A stretch of 64,000 nucleotides of DNA. Source: Minisyncoccia bacterium (lineage in GTDB: Bacteria > Patescibacteriota > Minisyncoccia > Phycocordibacterales > CALRBL01). The notes under the pieces were generated by a model. It ran no database searches. It had not been told where the DNA came from and saw only the letters and a program-made list of their open reading frames with translations. Where the stretch lies: NCBI GenBank assembly GCA_038230075.1, contig JBBRNV010000003.1:29329-93328 (forward strand). The letters run 5' to 3'. The first letter of the stretch is position 1. Each line of letters starts with the position of its first letter. Of this stretch, positions 41,089-51,098 are shown one piece after another. Both the position numbers and the translations under genes were made by a program.

Positions 41089-42393
41089 ATGCAAAAGCAT
41101 GGAACTAAAGGAATATTGCTTCTTGAGCTTATGCTTTCGTTTGCGTTAGGTACTTTTTTTATTGCAGAGTTATTCTCACTTATTCATGATGAAAGTGGGG
41201 TGGTTTATTCACTTCCAAAGTTAATTCAGAGCTCTTTTGATTTTGAAAAAAAGTATATAAGTCTCATTTCCAATGAAAGCTCTTCGACTGAAAATGTTTT
41301 ACCGATAGATGAATATTCAAAAACTTTCTTTGAAGACGATGAGCGTGGACTTTTAGTTAACATCGATCACGCACTTGGTAGTTCTTCGTGCAACCCATTC
41401 ATTTCCTATGTTTTTGGATCGACAACACACGCAAACATTTATCATTCAACGATTTCTTTTGCAGCAAGAAATATTCCAACGGCTCTTTATACAAGAAATG
41501 GATATGCGTACATAACTACCGATTCTTCAACATCATCTGACCCCGATTTTTACATAGTCAGCCTCAGCGCAACTTCGTCGGAAGTTATTTCAAGTTTACA
41601 AACTGGTCCGGGCCTTTTAAGTGTTGTGGTGGCGGGAAATTATGCATATGTTGGAAATTCCAGTGTTAACTCCCAACTACAAGTTATTGATATTTCGAAT
41701 CCCTATAGTCCAACTTTGGTGAGCTCATATAAACTTCCAGGAAATTACAATGATGCAACAACTGTTGGATTTCATTTATTTTTTGATTCGCACAAAATTT
41801 ATCTCGCTACAAAGAAAAGTCAGATTGAGGAATTACATGTGATTGATGTGAGTGATCCATACCACCCCATTAAGATCGCCGCAGCAGAAATTGGTGCTCA
41901 GATAAATAATATTGATGTTGTCGAAGGTCATATTTACATTGCAACACCACTGAATGAAGAACTTCAAGAATACACATTGCACGGTAATGTTCTTTTAAAG
42001 GTAAGAGGGTATGATGCGCCCAAAGGATCGGGAAATGGACAAGTCTCGCTTGTAAGAGGTTCTCGTGTTGTACTTGGTCGTTCGTTGGGTGATAAAGAGT
42101 TGTATTTTTTACAAAGTTCATCAAGTAACGCCTTTGATGTTTTATATGCAACTTCTGTTGCTGCGAGTATCGACCAATTATTTTTAAGAGGAGATTTGTT
42201 GGTGGCTGTTACTTCTGACTCTGGAAGTCATCTTCGTTTCTATCATGTTTCGAATGACTCTAAACTAGTTACGTTATCGCAAAGTTTTAGTTTGCCAACA
42301 ACCGCTCGATCAGTGGGTTTTGATTGTGATAATGAGTACTTTCTTACTCTAACATCAGAACCTACACCACTTTATATTATTTCAAGTATATGA
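41089..42393 (+). CDS. pilin-like N-terminus fused to LVIVD-type beta-propeller repeats
   Basis: KG/ILLLELMLSFAL prepilin-like site; GNYAYVG..LQVIDISNPYSP and LHVIDVSDPYHP repeats. Confidence 0.75.
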   Translation: MQKHGTKGILLLELMLSFALGTFFIAELFSLIHDESGVVYSLPKLIQSSFDFEKKYISLISNESSSTENVLPIDEYSKTFFEDDERGLLVNIDHALGSSSCNPFISYVFGSTTHANIYHSTISFAARNIPTALYTRNGYAYITTDSSTSSDPDFYIVSLSATSSEVISSLQTGPGLLSVVVAGNYAYVGNSSVNSQLQVIDISNPYSPTLVSSYKLPGNYNDATTVGFHLFFDSHKIYLATKKSQIEELHVIDVSDPYHPIKIAAAEIGAQINNIDVVEGHIYIATPLNEELQEYTLHGNVLLKVRGYDAPKGSGNGQVSLVRGSRVVLGRSLGDKELYFLQSSSSNAFDVLYATSVAASIDQLFLRGDLLVAVTSDSGSHLRFYHVSNDSKLVTLSQSFSLPTTARSVGFDCDNEYFLTLTSEPTPLYIISSI

Positions 42394-42863
42394 AGTCTAT
42401 TTTATCGCCAAGTGAGAAAGGATTCAGTTTACTAGAAGTGCTTGTGTACATTGGAGTTTCAAGTATTTTCCTCTCGTCTATTGTTGGTTCTTTATTTTTT
42501 GTTCAATTTGAATCACAAAAGAATCAGTTGTTATTAACAAATGAAGTTGAAATTTCATCATTTCTTTTGTCATTTGAGAATGTGTTACAAGATTATGCCT
42601 TGAAAGATTTATTGGTTTCGGAACATGAAGTACGTTTCTATGATCAAAATCAGCATATTAACAGAGGATTTGGAATAGAGAACGGATCGTTAGTTGATAA
42701 TACATTTAATTCAAGTAGTTCACGAACTATTGTTGATTCACTTCAAGACATTCGTTTTGAATTACTTCTAGCAACCTCTACTTCACACATACAACATCTC
42801 TTGAAAATCACTCTAAGTTCTAAGGTTTCAGATTATGAAAGGATATATGAAATTAAAGAATAA
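42390..42863 (+). CDS. minor pilin (prepilin N-methylation motif)
   Basis: KG/FSLLEVLVYIGV. Confidence 0.8.
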   Translation: MKSILSPSEKGFSLLEVLVYIGVSSIFLSSIVGSLFFVQFESQKNQLLLTNEVEISSFLLSFENVLQDYALKDLLVSEHEVRFYDQNQHINRGFGIENGSLVDNTFNSSSSRTIVDSLQDIRFELLLATSTSHIQHLLKITLSSKVSDYERIYEIKE

Positions 42864-43263
42864 AACTGGCTCGACATCAAAACAAGGATTTTTAACCATT
42901 ACAGCTATTCTACTTTTAAGTACGATTGCATTCTTTTATGTATTTCTAGCTTTTTCCCAAACTTTCACACTGCAACGAATATTGACAAGAAGTTACTTGG
43001 CATCGATAGCTAGTATTTATTCTAAAGGATGTTTACATTTCGTCGCTCAACGATTAATCGATGATCATTCTTTCTCTGTATTGTTTTCGATTCCTTACAC
43101 AAAAGGCTTTTGTCAGGTATCAGAAATTTATAAAAATCATGACGGAACTTATAACATCTCAATTAAAACAGTCGTTAAACAACAATATGTCACTGTCGAA
43201 ATCGCAAAAAATATTCAATTGAAAGTTACGAATGAATCTTTTTCAATCTTATCTTCGCACTAG
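42847..43263 (+). CDS. PilX/GspK-like minor pilin
   Basis: QG/FLTITAILLL with no Glu5; position in the cluster. Confidence 0.65.
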   Translation: MKLKNKTGSTSKQGFLTITAILLLSTIAFFYVFLAFSQTFTLQRILTRSYLASIASIYSKGCLHFVAQRLIDDHSFSVLFSIPYTKGFCQVSEIYKNHDGTYNISIKTVVKQQYVTVEIAKNIQLKVTNESFSILSSH

Positions 43264-43327
43264 ATTTTCTTCATCTTGCATTTAACTGTCATCGATACGA
43301 TGTGTTTATTATTAATAAATAACAATA

Positions 43328-43792
43328 ATGAATAATAAAAATAAACAGAAAGGATTTACGTTGATAGAGTTGTTGGTTGTTATCGGAATTATCGCAATTT
43401 TGGCTGCTGTGGTTTTAATCGCGATTAATCCAGGTCGTCAATTTAAAATTGCCCGAGACTCTCAAAGACAAGCCAATGTCGCAGCTATCTTAAATGCAAT
43501 TGGACAAAATATGACAGAGCATAAAGGTTTGTTCACTTGTGCAGTTCTTCCGATTTCAATTCCGTCAGATCCAATTGCTATAAAAAGAGACAGCGGCTTA
43601 GATATTGCATCTTGCCTTGTTCCATTCTTTCTTTCAGCAATGCCCTTTGATCCAAGTAAAGAAGGAGCTCATTTTATTGATGTTACCGACTACGATACCG
43701 GATATAAAATCTCACAAGACACAGCAGGTAGAATCACTATTTCAGCGCAAAGTGAAGTTACACCTGATACAGAAATATCAGTTACTCGATAA
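43328..43792 (+). CDS. type IV pilin (probable major pilin)
   Basis: KG/FTLIELLVVIGIIAILAAVVLIAINP..ARDSQR. Confidence 0.92.
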   Translation: MNNKNKQKGFTLIELLVVIGIIAILAAVVLIAINPGRQFKIARDSQRQANVAAILNAIGQNMTEHKGLFTCAVLPISIPSDPIAIKRDSGLDIASCLVPFFLSAMPFDPSKEGAHFIDVTDYDTGYKISQDTAGRITISAQSEVTPDTEISVTR

Positions 43793-43900
43793 TTACTGAG
43801 ATAATTAGATGTATTTACCTTCTAAAATTGAGACAAATAACTCTCCATAACCCCACGTGGGTTTGTTGCACACAGCCATGAAATAGCTGATAATGAGGCC

Positions 43901-45376
43901 ATGGATAACCAAACTCCTCAAGCACGCACCATTGTTGCTGATGTTGCTCACCTCATAAAAAACAATCAAATTTCCACAGAAGAACTTGCAAAAATTGACC
44001 CATTACTTAGAAGTCAGGCAGAAGAATACGCAAAAGGAATTACAGACGTTGTTATTGATCTTGCAACACTTTCAAAAGAATATAAAAATAAGCAATCTTC
44101 AAAAGATCAAAATTCTTCCAAATCACTTCAAAATGACACAATCGAAATCATGCATCAAAGTTCAGATCCATATGATATAGAAGATGTTTCTCGGTCAATT
44201 GAAGACAATAAAGAAGCAAGGTCTGGAGAGTTGCCAACTGAAGATGTCCCAAAAGAAAAAATGGTAGATATAAACGGAGACTCTCTTGCTGGTCAAGACG
44301 AAACAGATCTAAATTCGAACACAACAGATGGAACAGATGAAGGAGTGGTTAAAGATACGAAATCACTCGCATATCGAGAAGAGCTTGAAAAGGCTATGCA
44401 GGGAGGTAATGATCAGGGGGTAAATTTGATAGACGAATCTATTGTAGTGCCTGTGAAAAAGGTTAAAAAAACAAAGATTGTCGTAGGTGATGCGTCAGAA
44501 ACATCTCAGTCTAAAAAAATTGATGAAAGTATGCCAGTAGAAGTTAATCCAAAGACCGAACTGCAACAAAAAATTGAGGAGCTTCATTCAAAACTTGATT
44601 CGTTTGATATCCGCATTAAAGATATTGATACAAAGAAACAAGAAGAACTCACTAGAAAACAAGAAATTTTAACGTCAGTAGATGAAATTGTGCAGAAGCA
44701 ACACACTATTCAAAATAAAGAATCAGAAATTGAGACTTCGATTGAAAAAGAAACAGAACGAAACAGAAAGAAAGAATATGAACAAGAGAGATGGAATTTA
44801 GAAGATCAAAGAAAATCTCTTGAAGACACAAGATGGAGTCTTGATAAAGAATTAGGCACTCTTTCGAAAGAAGAAAAAGAATTATCTGATGAAGAAAAAG
44901 ATTTAGTTCAAAAAAAGTCTCAAATTGAAAAAGATTTGGTAAAAGTTGAAAAACGCCTTAAAACAATTGAAAGCTTTGAACAAGTCGATGATTTAAAGAA
45001 AAAAGTGTTGTTTTTAAAAAAAGAGATAGATCGAAAAAATAGTGAAGTTCAAGGTGCGCAGAAGACATATGAGGTAAGCAAAAAGTCGTATGAGGAACAA
45101 GAAACTGAAGAAAAGAAAATACGAGCACAAATAAAAAGAATCGAAACAGAAGAAAGCTCACTCAAAACAGAAGAAGAGCGTCATATAAAAGAAGATCAGC
45201 GATGGGCTCTTGAACAACAACTCCGAGCTTTTGTTCAGAAGGTGTGGGGAACTGAGGATGAGATGAGTTCAAAAGAGAGTCTTTTTCAAGCATCTCTCGA
45301 AGAGCTCTCAAGGTTGTCAGAAGAATTGCAGAAACTTCAAAATGAAATTTCTAAACTTGAAGGTGATATTGTATAA
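43901..45376 (+). CDS. acidic/coiled-coil cytoplasmic hypothetical protein
   Basis: E/K-rich heptads with repeated E..RW.LE motifs. Confidence 0.75.
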   Translation: MDNQTPQARTIVADVAHLIKNNQISTEELAKIDPLLRSQAEEYAKGITDVVIDLATLSKEYKNKQSSKDQNSSKSLQNDTIEIMHQSSDPYDIEDVSRSIEDNKEARSGELPTEDVPKEKMVDINGDSLAGQDETDLNSNTTDGTDEGVVKDTKSLAYREELEKAMQGGNDQGVNLIDESIVVPVKKVKKTKIVVGDASETSQSKKIDESMPVEVNPKTELQQKIEELHSKLDSFDIRIKDIDTKKQEELTRKQEILTSVDEIVQKQHTIQNKESEIETSIEKETERNRKKEYEQERWNLEDQRKSLEDTRWSLDKELGTLSKEEKELSDEEKDLVQKKSQIEKDLVKVEKRLKTIESFEQVDDLKKKVLFLKKEIDRKNSEVQGAQKTYEVSKKSYEEQETEEKKIRAQIKRIETEESSLKTEEERHIKEDQRWALEQQLRAFVQKVWGTEDEMSSKESLFQASLEELSRLSEELQKLQNEISKLEGDIV

Positions 45377-45384
45377 TAGTCACT

Positions 45385-46023
45385 ATGAATAAATACATTT
45401 CTGAAGGGTTTGGAACATTCTTATTATCTTTCGTTGTTGGAACTGCTGTCTTATTTAAAACATCATTTCTGCCGGTTCCAATTATTGCCACTCTTGCGTT
45501 GTTTTTAATTGTTAGTTACTTCGGACATGTGTCAGGTGCTATGGTTAATCCCGCCCTCACTATTGCTGCGTGGACAATAAAAAAGATTTCTTGGCAAGAC
45601 GCACTTGTTTATATTTTGTCTCAATTTGTGGGAGCTTCTTTTTCAGTCTTTGTATTTCATGTATATATTCAAACGTACGGTAAGGCATTTCCTGTTGCGT
45701 CAATGGGCAGTCCAAGTATTGTTTTTATTGCTGAATGTGTTGGTTCTATCCTTTTTGGACTCGGAGTTGCTGCGGTTTTATTTGGCAGAGTAGAAAAAAA
45801 TCGTACAGCTTCTGTTGTCTCTCTTTCATTGTTGGTTGGAATTGCTTTCGCTTCAATGTTTGGTTCTGCAGGAATTCTTAACCCCGCAGTTGCATTTTCA
45901 ATTCTTGGTACATCATTTACATGGATCTATGCAGTTGCGCCAATAGTCGGAGCTATTATTGGAATGAATATATTTAAACTAATTTCAGAAGTGACAATTG
46001 ATCTTCCTGAAGCAAAGGTGTAA
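45385..46023 (+). CDS. aquaporin/MIP family channel
   Basis: SGAMVNPALT and ILNPAV (two NPA motifs), APIVGA. Confidence 0.92.
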   Translation: MNKYISEGFGTFLLSFVVGTAVLFKTSFLPVPIIATLALFLIVSYFGHVSGAMVNPALTIAAWTIKKISWQDALVYILSQFVGASFSVFVFHVYIQTYGKAFPVASMGSPSIVFIAECVGSILFGLGVAAVLFGRVEKNRTASVVSLSLLVGIAFASMFGSAGILNPAVAFSILGTSFTWIYAVAPIVGAIIGMNIFKLISEVTIDLPEAKV

Positions 46024-46053
46024 AGCAGTACTTCTCAGTAAGTTTAAAGCTAT

Positions 46054-47397
46054 ATGTATATTCGTCGAAAAAAGAATACGCTTAGTATAGTGTACAGTCT
46101 TATTTTGGCGACCATTCTTTCAGTTGGAATTATCGGATCGATCTTCGTATATAAAATAGTTGATAATATCAACAAGCAGCATTTAATTGACCGTGCAAAT
46201 ACCGTTGCACAAGCTCTGTATAAGCCTGATCTTGAGAAATTAAAAGGATCTGAGTCAGATCTAGCATCACCCTCGTATGAGGCGATTAAAAACACTCTCA
46301 CCAATATTAGAGCTGTAAACAGCGATGTGCGATTTGCATACTTGGTTGGAATCACTGATAAAGACGTTTTCTTTTATGCGGATTCAGAGGATCCAACATC
46401 ACCCGATTATTCACCACCTGGGGAAACGTATCCTGAAGCGAGTGATTTACTAAAATCTGTTTTTTTAAAAAACCAAGTAAATATTGAAGGCCCACTCAGT
46501 GATCATTGGGGAACATGGATTTCAGCATTTGCACCGATTTCACTTAGTAACGACGGGGGAATCACTTCAAAAATGGTTATTGGTCTTGATATTGTTGCAC
46601 ACGATCATATTGTTGATGGTATTGCATATGCTGCAATTCCATTAATCTCGTCACTTCTTGTTCTTATTATTCTTTCGAGTGCATATAAGACACGAAAAAG
46701 AGAACAAGAGTATATTGCACAAAAAGAAGAATTCTTAGCAATAGCCGCACATGAAATTCGTGCGCCACTTACTGGTATTCGTTGGGCCTCAGAACACCTT
46801 CTGGCAAATTCAAAAGATTTTCCGAGTGAAGATCGAAATGTTATCTCAATGATTTATACAAGCTGTGTTAATTTGATTTCTCGAATTAATAATCTGTTGT
46901 CTCTTACACAAATTGAAAGTCAGTCAGCAAAAACAATGACATTAGAGAAAGTTGAAATTCGTCCGTTTATTCAAGAAATAATAGATAATCTTACCCTGTC
47001 GGCTAAAGAAAAAAATATCACATTGACAATAGATAGCTCTATTTCAAACACACTTAGTCTAATAGTTGATAGGGAAAAAATGAGACAGGTATTTCTCAAT
47101 CTTATTTCAAATGGGGTTAAGTATACAAAAGATAATACTGAGGTAAAGGTTGAGTACGATCTTTCTGATCATGCACATGTCTTTGAGATAATTAACCATA
47201 GTGAAAAGATATCTGAGTATGACCTACAACACATCTTCGATGGATATTATCGGGCCAAAGAAGCTATTAAAAAGTCACCATATGGAACGGGAATTGGCCT
47301 CTTTCTTTCAAAACAGCTTATAGCACTTCACAAAGGAACACTTAGTGTGTGGAGTAATGAAAACAGCACAACGTTCATCGTTGAATTACCTCGATAG
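46054..47397 (+). CDS. membrane sensor histidine kinase
   Basis: 2 TM; AAHEIRAPL (H box), NLISNGVKY (N box), GTGIGL (G2). Confidence 0.92.
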   Translation: MYIRRKKNTLSIVYSLILATILSVGIIGSIFVYKIVDNINKQHLIDRANTVAQALYKPDLEKLKGSESDLASPSYEAIKNTLTNIRAVNSDVRFAYLVGITDKDVFFYADSEDPTSPDYSPPGETYPEASDLLKSVFLKNQVNIEGPLSDHWGTWISAFAPISLSNDGGITSKMVIGLDIVAHDHIVDGIAYAAIPLISSLLVLIILSSAYKTRKREQEYIAQKEEFLAIAAHEIRAPLTGIRWASEHLLANSKDFPSEDRNVISMIYTSCVNLISRINNLLSLTQIESQSAKTMTLEKVEIRPFIQEIIDNLTLSAKEKNITLTIDSSISNTLSLIVDREKMRQVFLNLISNGVKYTKDNTEVKVEYDLSDHAHVFEIINHSEKISEYDLQHIFDGYYRAKEAIKKSPYGTGIGLFLSKQLIALHKGTLSVWSNENSTTFIVELPR

Positions 47398-47416
47398 CCA
47401 GCAACAATGGTAAGAC

Positions 47417-47794
47417 TTATAGAAGTTTACTTTTCACCACCTCAACAATATTTGAAAGTTGTTGTTCTGATTTAACTAGATATGCTGCAACGTTGTGACT
47501 CATGGCGCCTGCAAGGTATTCCATTTGTTGAGCGTTCGTTAAAACAATAACAGGAGTTTTGTTTTCTGGATCTTTTTTTCTAAACTCTTCGAGAACTTGA
47601 AGACCATCCATTTTAGGCATTACCATATCTAAAATAATTGCATCTGGTTTCTCACTAAATATCTTATCAAGACCTTCTTCTCCGTCATGAGCCACAACCG
47701 CATTGAACCCTTCTTTGGTAAATTGACTCAAAAGAACTTGTTGGAGCATTTTGTCGTCTTCAATAATGAGTACTTTTTTTAGATGTGTTGTCAT
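47417..47794 (-). CDS. stand-alone response regulator receiver
   Basis: LIIEDD, IILDMVMPKMDG, VIVLTN, YLVK. Confidence 0.9.
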   Translation of the reverse strand: MTTHLKKVLIIEDDKMLQQVLLSQFTKEGFNAVVAHDGEEGLDKIFSEKPDAIILDMVMPKMDGLQVLEEFRKKDPENKTPVIVLTNAQQMEYLAGAMSHNVAAYLVKSEQQLSNIVEVVKSKLL

Positions 47795-47837
47795 AGTAAT
47801 AGTATAAAGGGGATTCTTATTTTTGGACAGGTAATAA

Positions 47838-49136
47838 TTATAGGAAAGCAATAATAGAGGCAACACCTGAGATAAGCATGAGAATGGTGACAATCCACCC
47901 GACAAAACTTGTAAAGGGCTTATTCTTTCGTTTTCCCATAATACTTTCTTTACTACTCATGCTTACAATAAGCACAAGAATGACAGGGGCAATAACTCCA
48001 TTTGCAACAGCAGAGTAAATAAGGGCTTTTATAGGGTCGAGTCCAATAAAATTAAGAAGAAGACCAATAATGACAGAAACAATAATAACGCCATAAAATG
48101 CGTAGGCATCTTTTAGTTTTCGGTAAAGTCCTTGTTTCCAATCAAAACTTTCTGCGATGGCGTATGAGGTTGATCCTGCAAGAATTGGTACGGTTAAAAG
48201 CCCAGTTCCGATAATGCCAAGAGCAAAAAGTAAAAAGGCCCAATCTCCCGCGAGTGGTTTAAGAGCGGTTGCAGCATCAGCTGCGGTTGTAATGTTAGTT
48301 ATGCCATGTGTGTACAACGTTGCCCCACATACCATGATAATAAAAAACATCACAATATTTGAGACAAACATACCAGACCACACATCGACTCTCATTGATG
48401 TAACATCTGCATCGGTTGTTATACAAAGCTCTTCTGGTGTGGTTTTTCCTTCGAGAATTTCTTCTTCAATTTCTTGTGATGTTTGCCAGAAAAAAAGATA
48501 AGGCGAGATGGTAGTACCCAAAACTGCACAAAGCAAAATGATGTGCTCTTTTGAAAATGAAATTGAAGGAATAACAGCATGACGAAATACTTCTTGTATA
48601 TCAACATGAATTAAAAATCCTGTAACTACATACGATACCAAAATTAGCGCCAAATATTTTAAATATTTGGCATATGTTTTATATGATGTAAATATTTGAA
48701 GCAATAAACTAATGAGTGCAAATAGAATAACTGAAACGGTAAATGGAATAGGAGTAATGAGCTCGGTTGCTTTTGCCATCGCACCTAAGTCTGCACCTAA
48801 ATTAAATGTGTTTGCGATAAATAAAAGTGACGTGCAAATATACAACACCCATTTCGGATAATGTTGTCGAATATTTCCCGCTAATCCTTTTCCGGTTACC
48901 AATGCCATTCGGGCACACATCTCTTGAATAGTTGCCATAAGAGGAAGGGTAAATATGGCGAGCCATAAGAACTGAAATTTATATTGAGCGCCAACCTGTG
49001 AATAGGTTGCGATACCTGATGGATCGTCATCAGCTGCTCCTGTGGTTAACCCTGGCCCAAGTTGTTTCCAATACTTATTAGCGCCATCAATTGTCTGCCG
49101 AATCATTGTTGGTTTTTGAAATTCTTCTGGGTTCAC
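47838..49136 (-). CDS. NRAMP-family divalent metal transporter
   Basis: LGPGLTTGAADDDPSGIATYSQ, GTTISPYLFFWQ. Confidence 0.92.
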   Translation of the reverse strand: MNPEEFQKPTMIRQTIDGANKYWKQLGPGLTTGAADDDPSGIATYSQVGAQYKFQFLWLAIFTLPLMATIQEMCARMALVTGKGLAGNIRQHYPKWVLYICTSLLFIANTFNLGADLGAMAKATELITPIPFTVSVILFALISLLLQIFTSYKTYAKYLKYLALILVSYVVTGFLIHVDIQEVFRHAVIPSISFSKEHIILLCAVLGTTISPYLFFWQTSQEIEEEILEGKTTPEELCITTDADVTSMRVDVWSGMFVSNIVMFFIIMVCGATLYTHGITNITTAADAATALKPLAGDWAFLLFALGIIGTGLLTVPILAGSTSYAIAESFDWKQGLYRKLKDAYAFYGVIIVSVIIGLLLNFIGLDPIKALIYSAVANGVIAPVILVLIVSMSSKESIMGKRKNKPFTSFVGWIVTILMLISGVASIIAFL

Positions 49137-49159
49137 AATAAATATAGTATACCTTTAAT

Positions 49160-51094
49160 TTATTTTGTTTTGAATTCATAGACCCCGTTCCAATTTTCTG
49201 GAGGTTGTTCAATCAAATGTGTGCATCGTTCAATATATACAGCACTTGGTCCGTCATGGTGAAATGATAATGCTTGATTGAAAGAATTGATAGCATTTTT
49301 AAAATCTCCTTGAACATACAACACTCTTCCTTGTTCAAACTTTTGTAAGATTTCTGTAATGTGAGGAGTCTCTGGACGAGTAAGAAGTTCATATATTACT
49401 TTTGGCTCTTTTTTCCCTTTTACAATTACTCGGTCAAGTTCTCTGAATAGAATTTGAGGATGATTTTGTTGTGTCGAAGGTGAAAGTTTTTTAAGACTCG
49501 CTTCGCATTGTTTTTTTGTTTCTTCAGTAATAATGCATTCAACTCCATATGCCTTAGTTAAACCTTCGAGTCGTGATCCTAAGTTAACCTCGTCACCCAT
49601 AATGGTGTAATTGAATCGCCGTTTGCTTCCCATATTTCCAACAACAACATCTCCTGTGTTGAGTCCAATTCCAATCGCAATAGTTGGCGAATTTCTTTCA
49701 ACGAGTGATTCATTTAATTTTTTCAACTCTGCAGACATGGTAAGTGAAGCGACACACGCATCGTATGCTTGATCGTTATTTTGAAGTGGTGCTCCCCAGA
49801 ACGCCATAATTGCGTCACCAATATATTTATCAACCAATCCTCGTTTGTTCATGATGGTGTCGGTCATTAATGTGAGGTATTCATTTAACAGATTAGTCAG
49901 TTCTTCTGGAGACAATTTTTCAGAAAGTGTGGTGAAGCCTCGAATGTCTGAGAATAAAACAGTAACTTTCTTTCGTTCACCCCCCAATTTTAATTTATCT
50001 GGATTTTCGAGAAGTTCGTTGATAACATCGGGCATTAAATAATACTGAAATGTTTTATGAATCATTCGCTTTTCTTTTCCTTCAGAAATATATGAATACA
50101 GAAAGCTTAAGATTCCTGAAACAATAAAAGCAAGAAGTGCATACAATGTTCCGAAAATATAATGAAAATGAAATACACTAAATGTTCCAAGAATGATAAG
50201 AGCAAAGATACTTGAAAGACTAATAATTACGAGAGAAAGTCTCTTTGAAAGAACAATAGAAAGAGAAGTGAGGAGTGAGATAAGGAAAAGAATTAAAAGG
50301 AAAAGTGCGTTTGGAATAGGTGTGAGAAAATTTTTCTCAAGAAGTGTGTTGATGGCATTTGCATGAACTTCAACACCAGCCATGCTTCCGAATGGAGTCT
50401 GTAGTTGATCATGTAAATCATTCGCCGTCACTCCAATAAGCACAATGGCATTATCAAATATTCTAGCAGGAATTTTATGTTCGAAAACGTCAGCAAAAGA
50501 AAGTATTAAAAAACTTTTTGAGGGACCGACGAACGTAATTCTGTTTTGAGTTGATGTTTCTGTTTGTCCTGAGACAACACTTGAAAAGCTGCGCTCACTA
50601 TCATTACTCGTATTGTTAATTCGTCGAACGATTCCGTCAGAATCTACAGGGATATTTACAAAGCCTTTTTTTACCGACTGATCAAAAAGAGGGAGTGGGC
50701 GTACTCCAACTGTACTGTCATCTCTTAATTGAAGAGGGAAAGTGACAGGGACTTTTGAAGCATTGATAGCTTCTTTAAAAACCAGGTCATCATTATTGTC
50801 TTTGAACGAAGGACTTGAGAAGTCGATATCAAAACCGATAGCTTTAGCAAGTTGAAGATCGGGAATAACCGACGCAAATGTTTTTCGTTCCCAAGGCCAA
50901 CGTCCCATACTCTGAAGACTTTCATCGTCAATTCCAAGAATGATAATAGAAGATGTAACTTTTTGCTTCAGAAATAAATGATCAGTGATTTTTTCTTGCC
51001 ATGTTCCAAAAACATTGTATGTGTAGGCGAAAGCAGAAAGAATAAAAGCAACAAGTACAAATAAACTCGTAATAATTATTTTTTTATTTGGCAT
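49160..51094 (-). CDS. CHASE2-domain class III adenylate cyclase
   Basis: IDDESL..GRWPW, DSDGIVRR, GVEVHANAI; FSDIRGFTT, DKYIGDAIMA, YTIMGDEVNLGSRLE. Confidence 0.94.
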   Translation of the reverse strand: MPNKKIIITSLFVLVAFILSAFAYTYNVFGTWQEKITDHLFLKQKVTSSIIILGIDDESLQSMGRWPWERKTFASVIPDLQLAKAIGFDIDFSSPSFKDNNDDLVFKEAINASKVPVTFPLQLRDDSTVGVRPLPLFDQSVKKGFVNIPVDSDGIVRRINNTSNDSERSFSSVVSGQTETSTQNRITFVGPSKSFLILSFADVFEHKIPARIFDNAIVLIGVTANDLHDQLQTPFGSMAGVEVHANAINTLLEKNFLTPIPNALFLLILFLISLLTSLSIVLSKRLSLVIISLSSIFALIILGTFSVFHFHYIFGTLYALLAFIVSGILSFLYSYISEGKEKRMIHKTFQYYLMPDVINELLENPDKLKLGGERKKVTVLFSDIRGFTTLSEKLSPEELTNLLNEYLTLMTDTIMNKRGLVDKYIGDAIMAFWGAPLQNNDQAYDACVASLTMSAELKKLNESLVERNSPTIAIGIGLNTGDVVVGNMGSKRRFNYTIMGDEVNLGSRLEGLTKAYGVECIITEETKKQCEASLKKLSPSTQQNHPQILFRELDRVIVKGKKEPKVIYELLTRPETPHITEILQKFEQGRVLYVQGDFKNAINSFNQALSFHHDGPSAVYIERCTHLIEQPPENWNGVYEFKTK

Positions 51095-51098
51095 GTGT

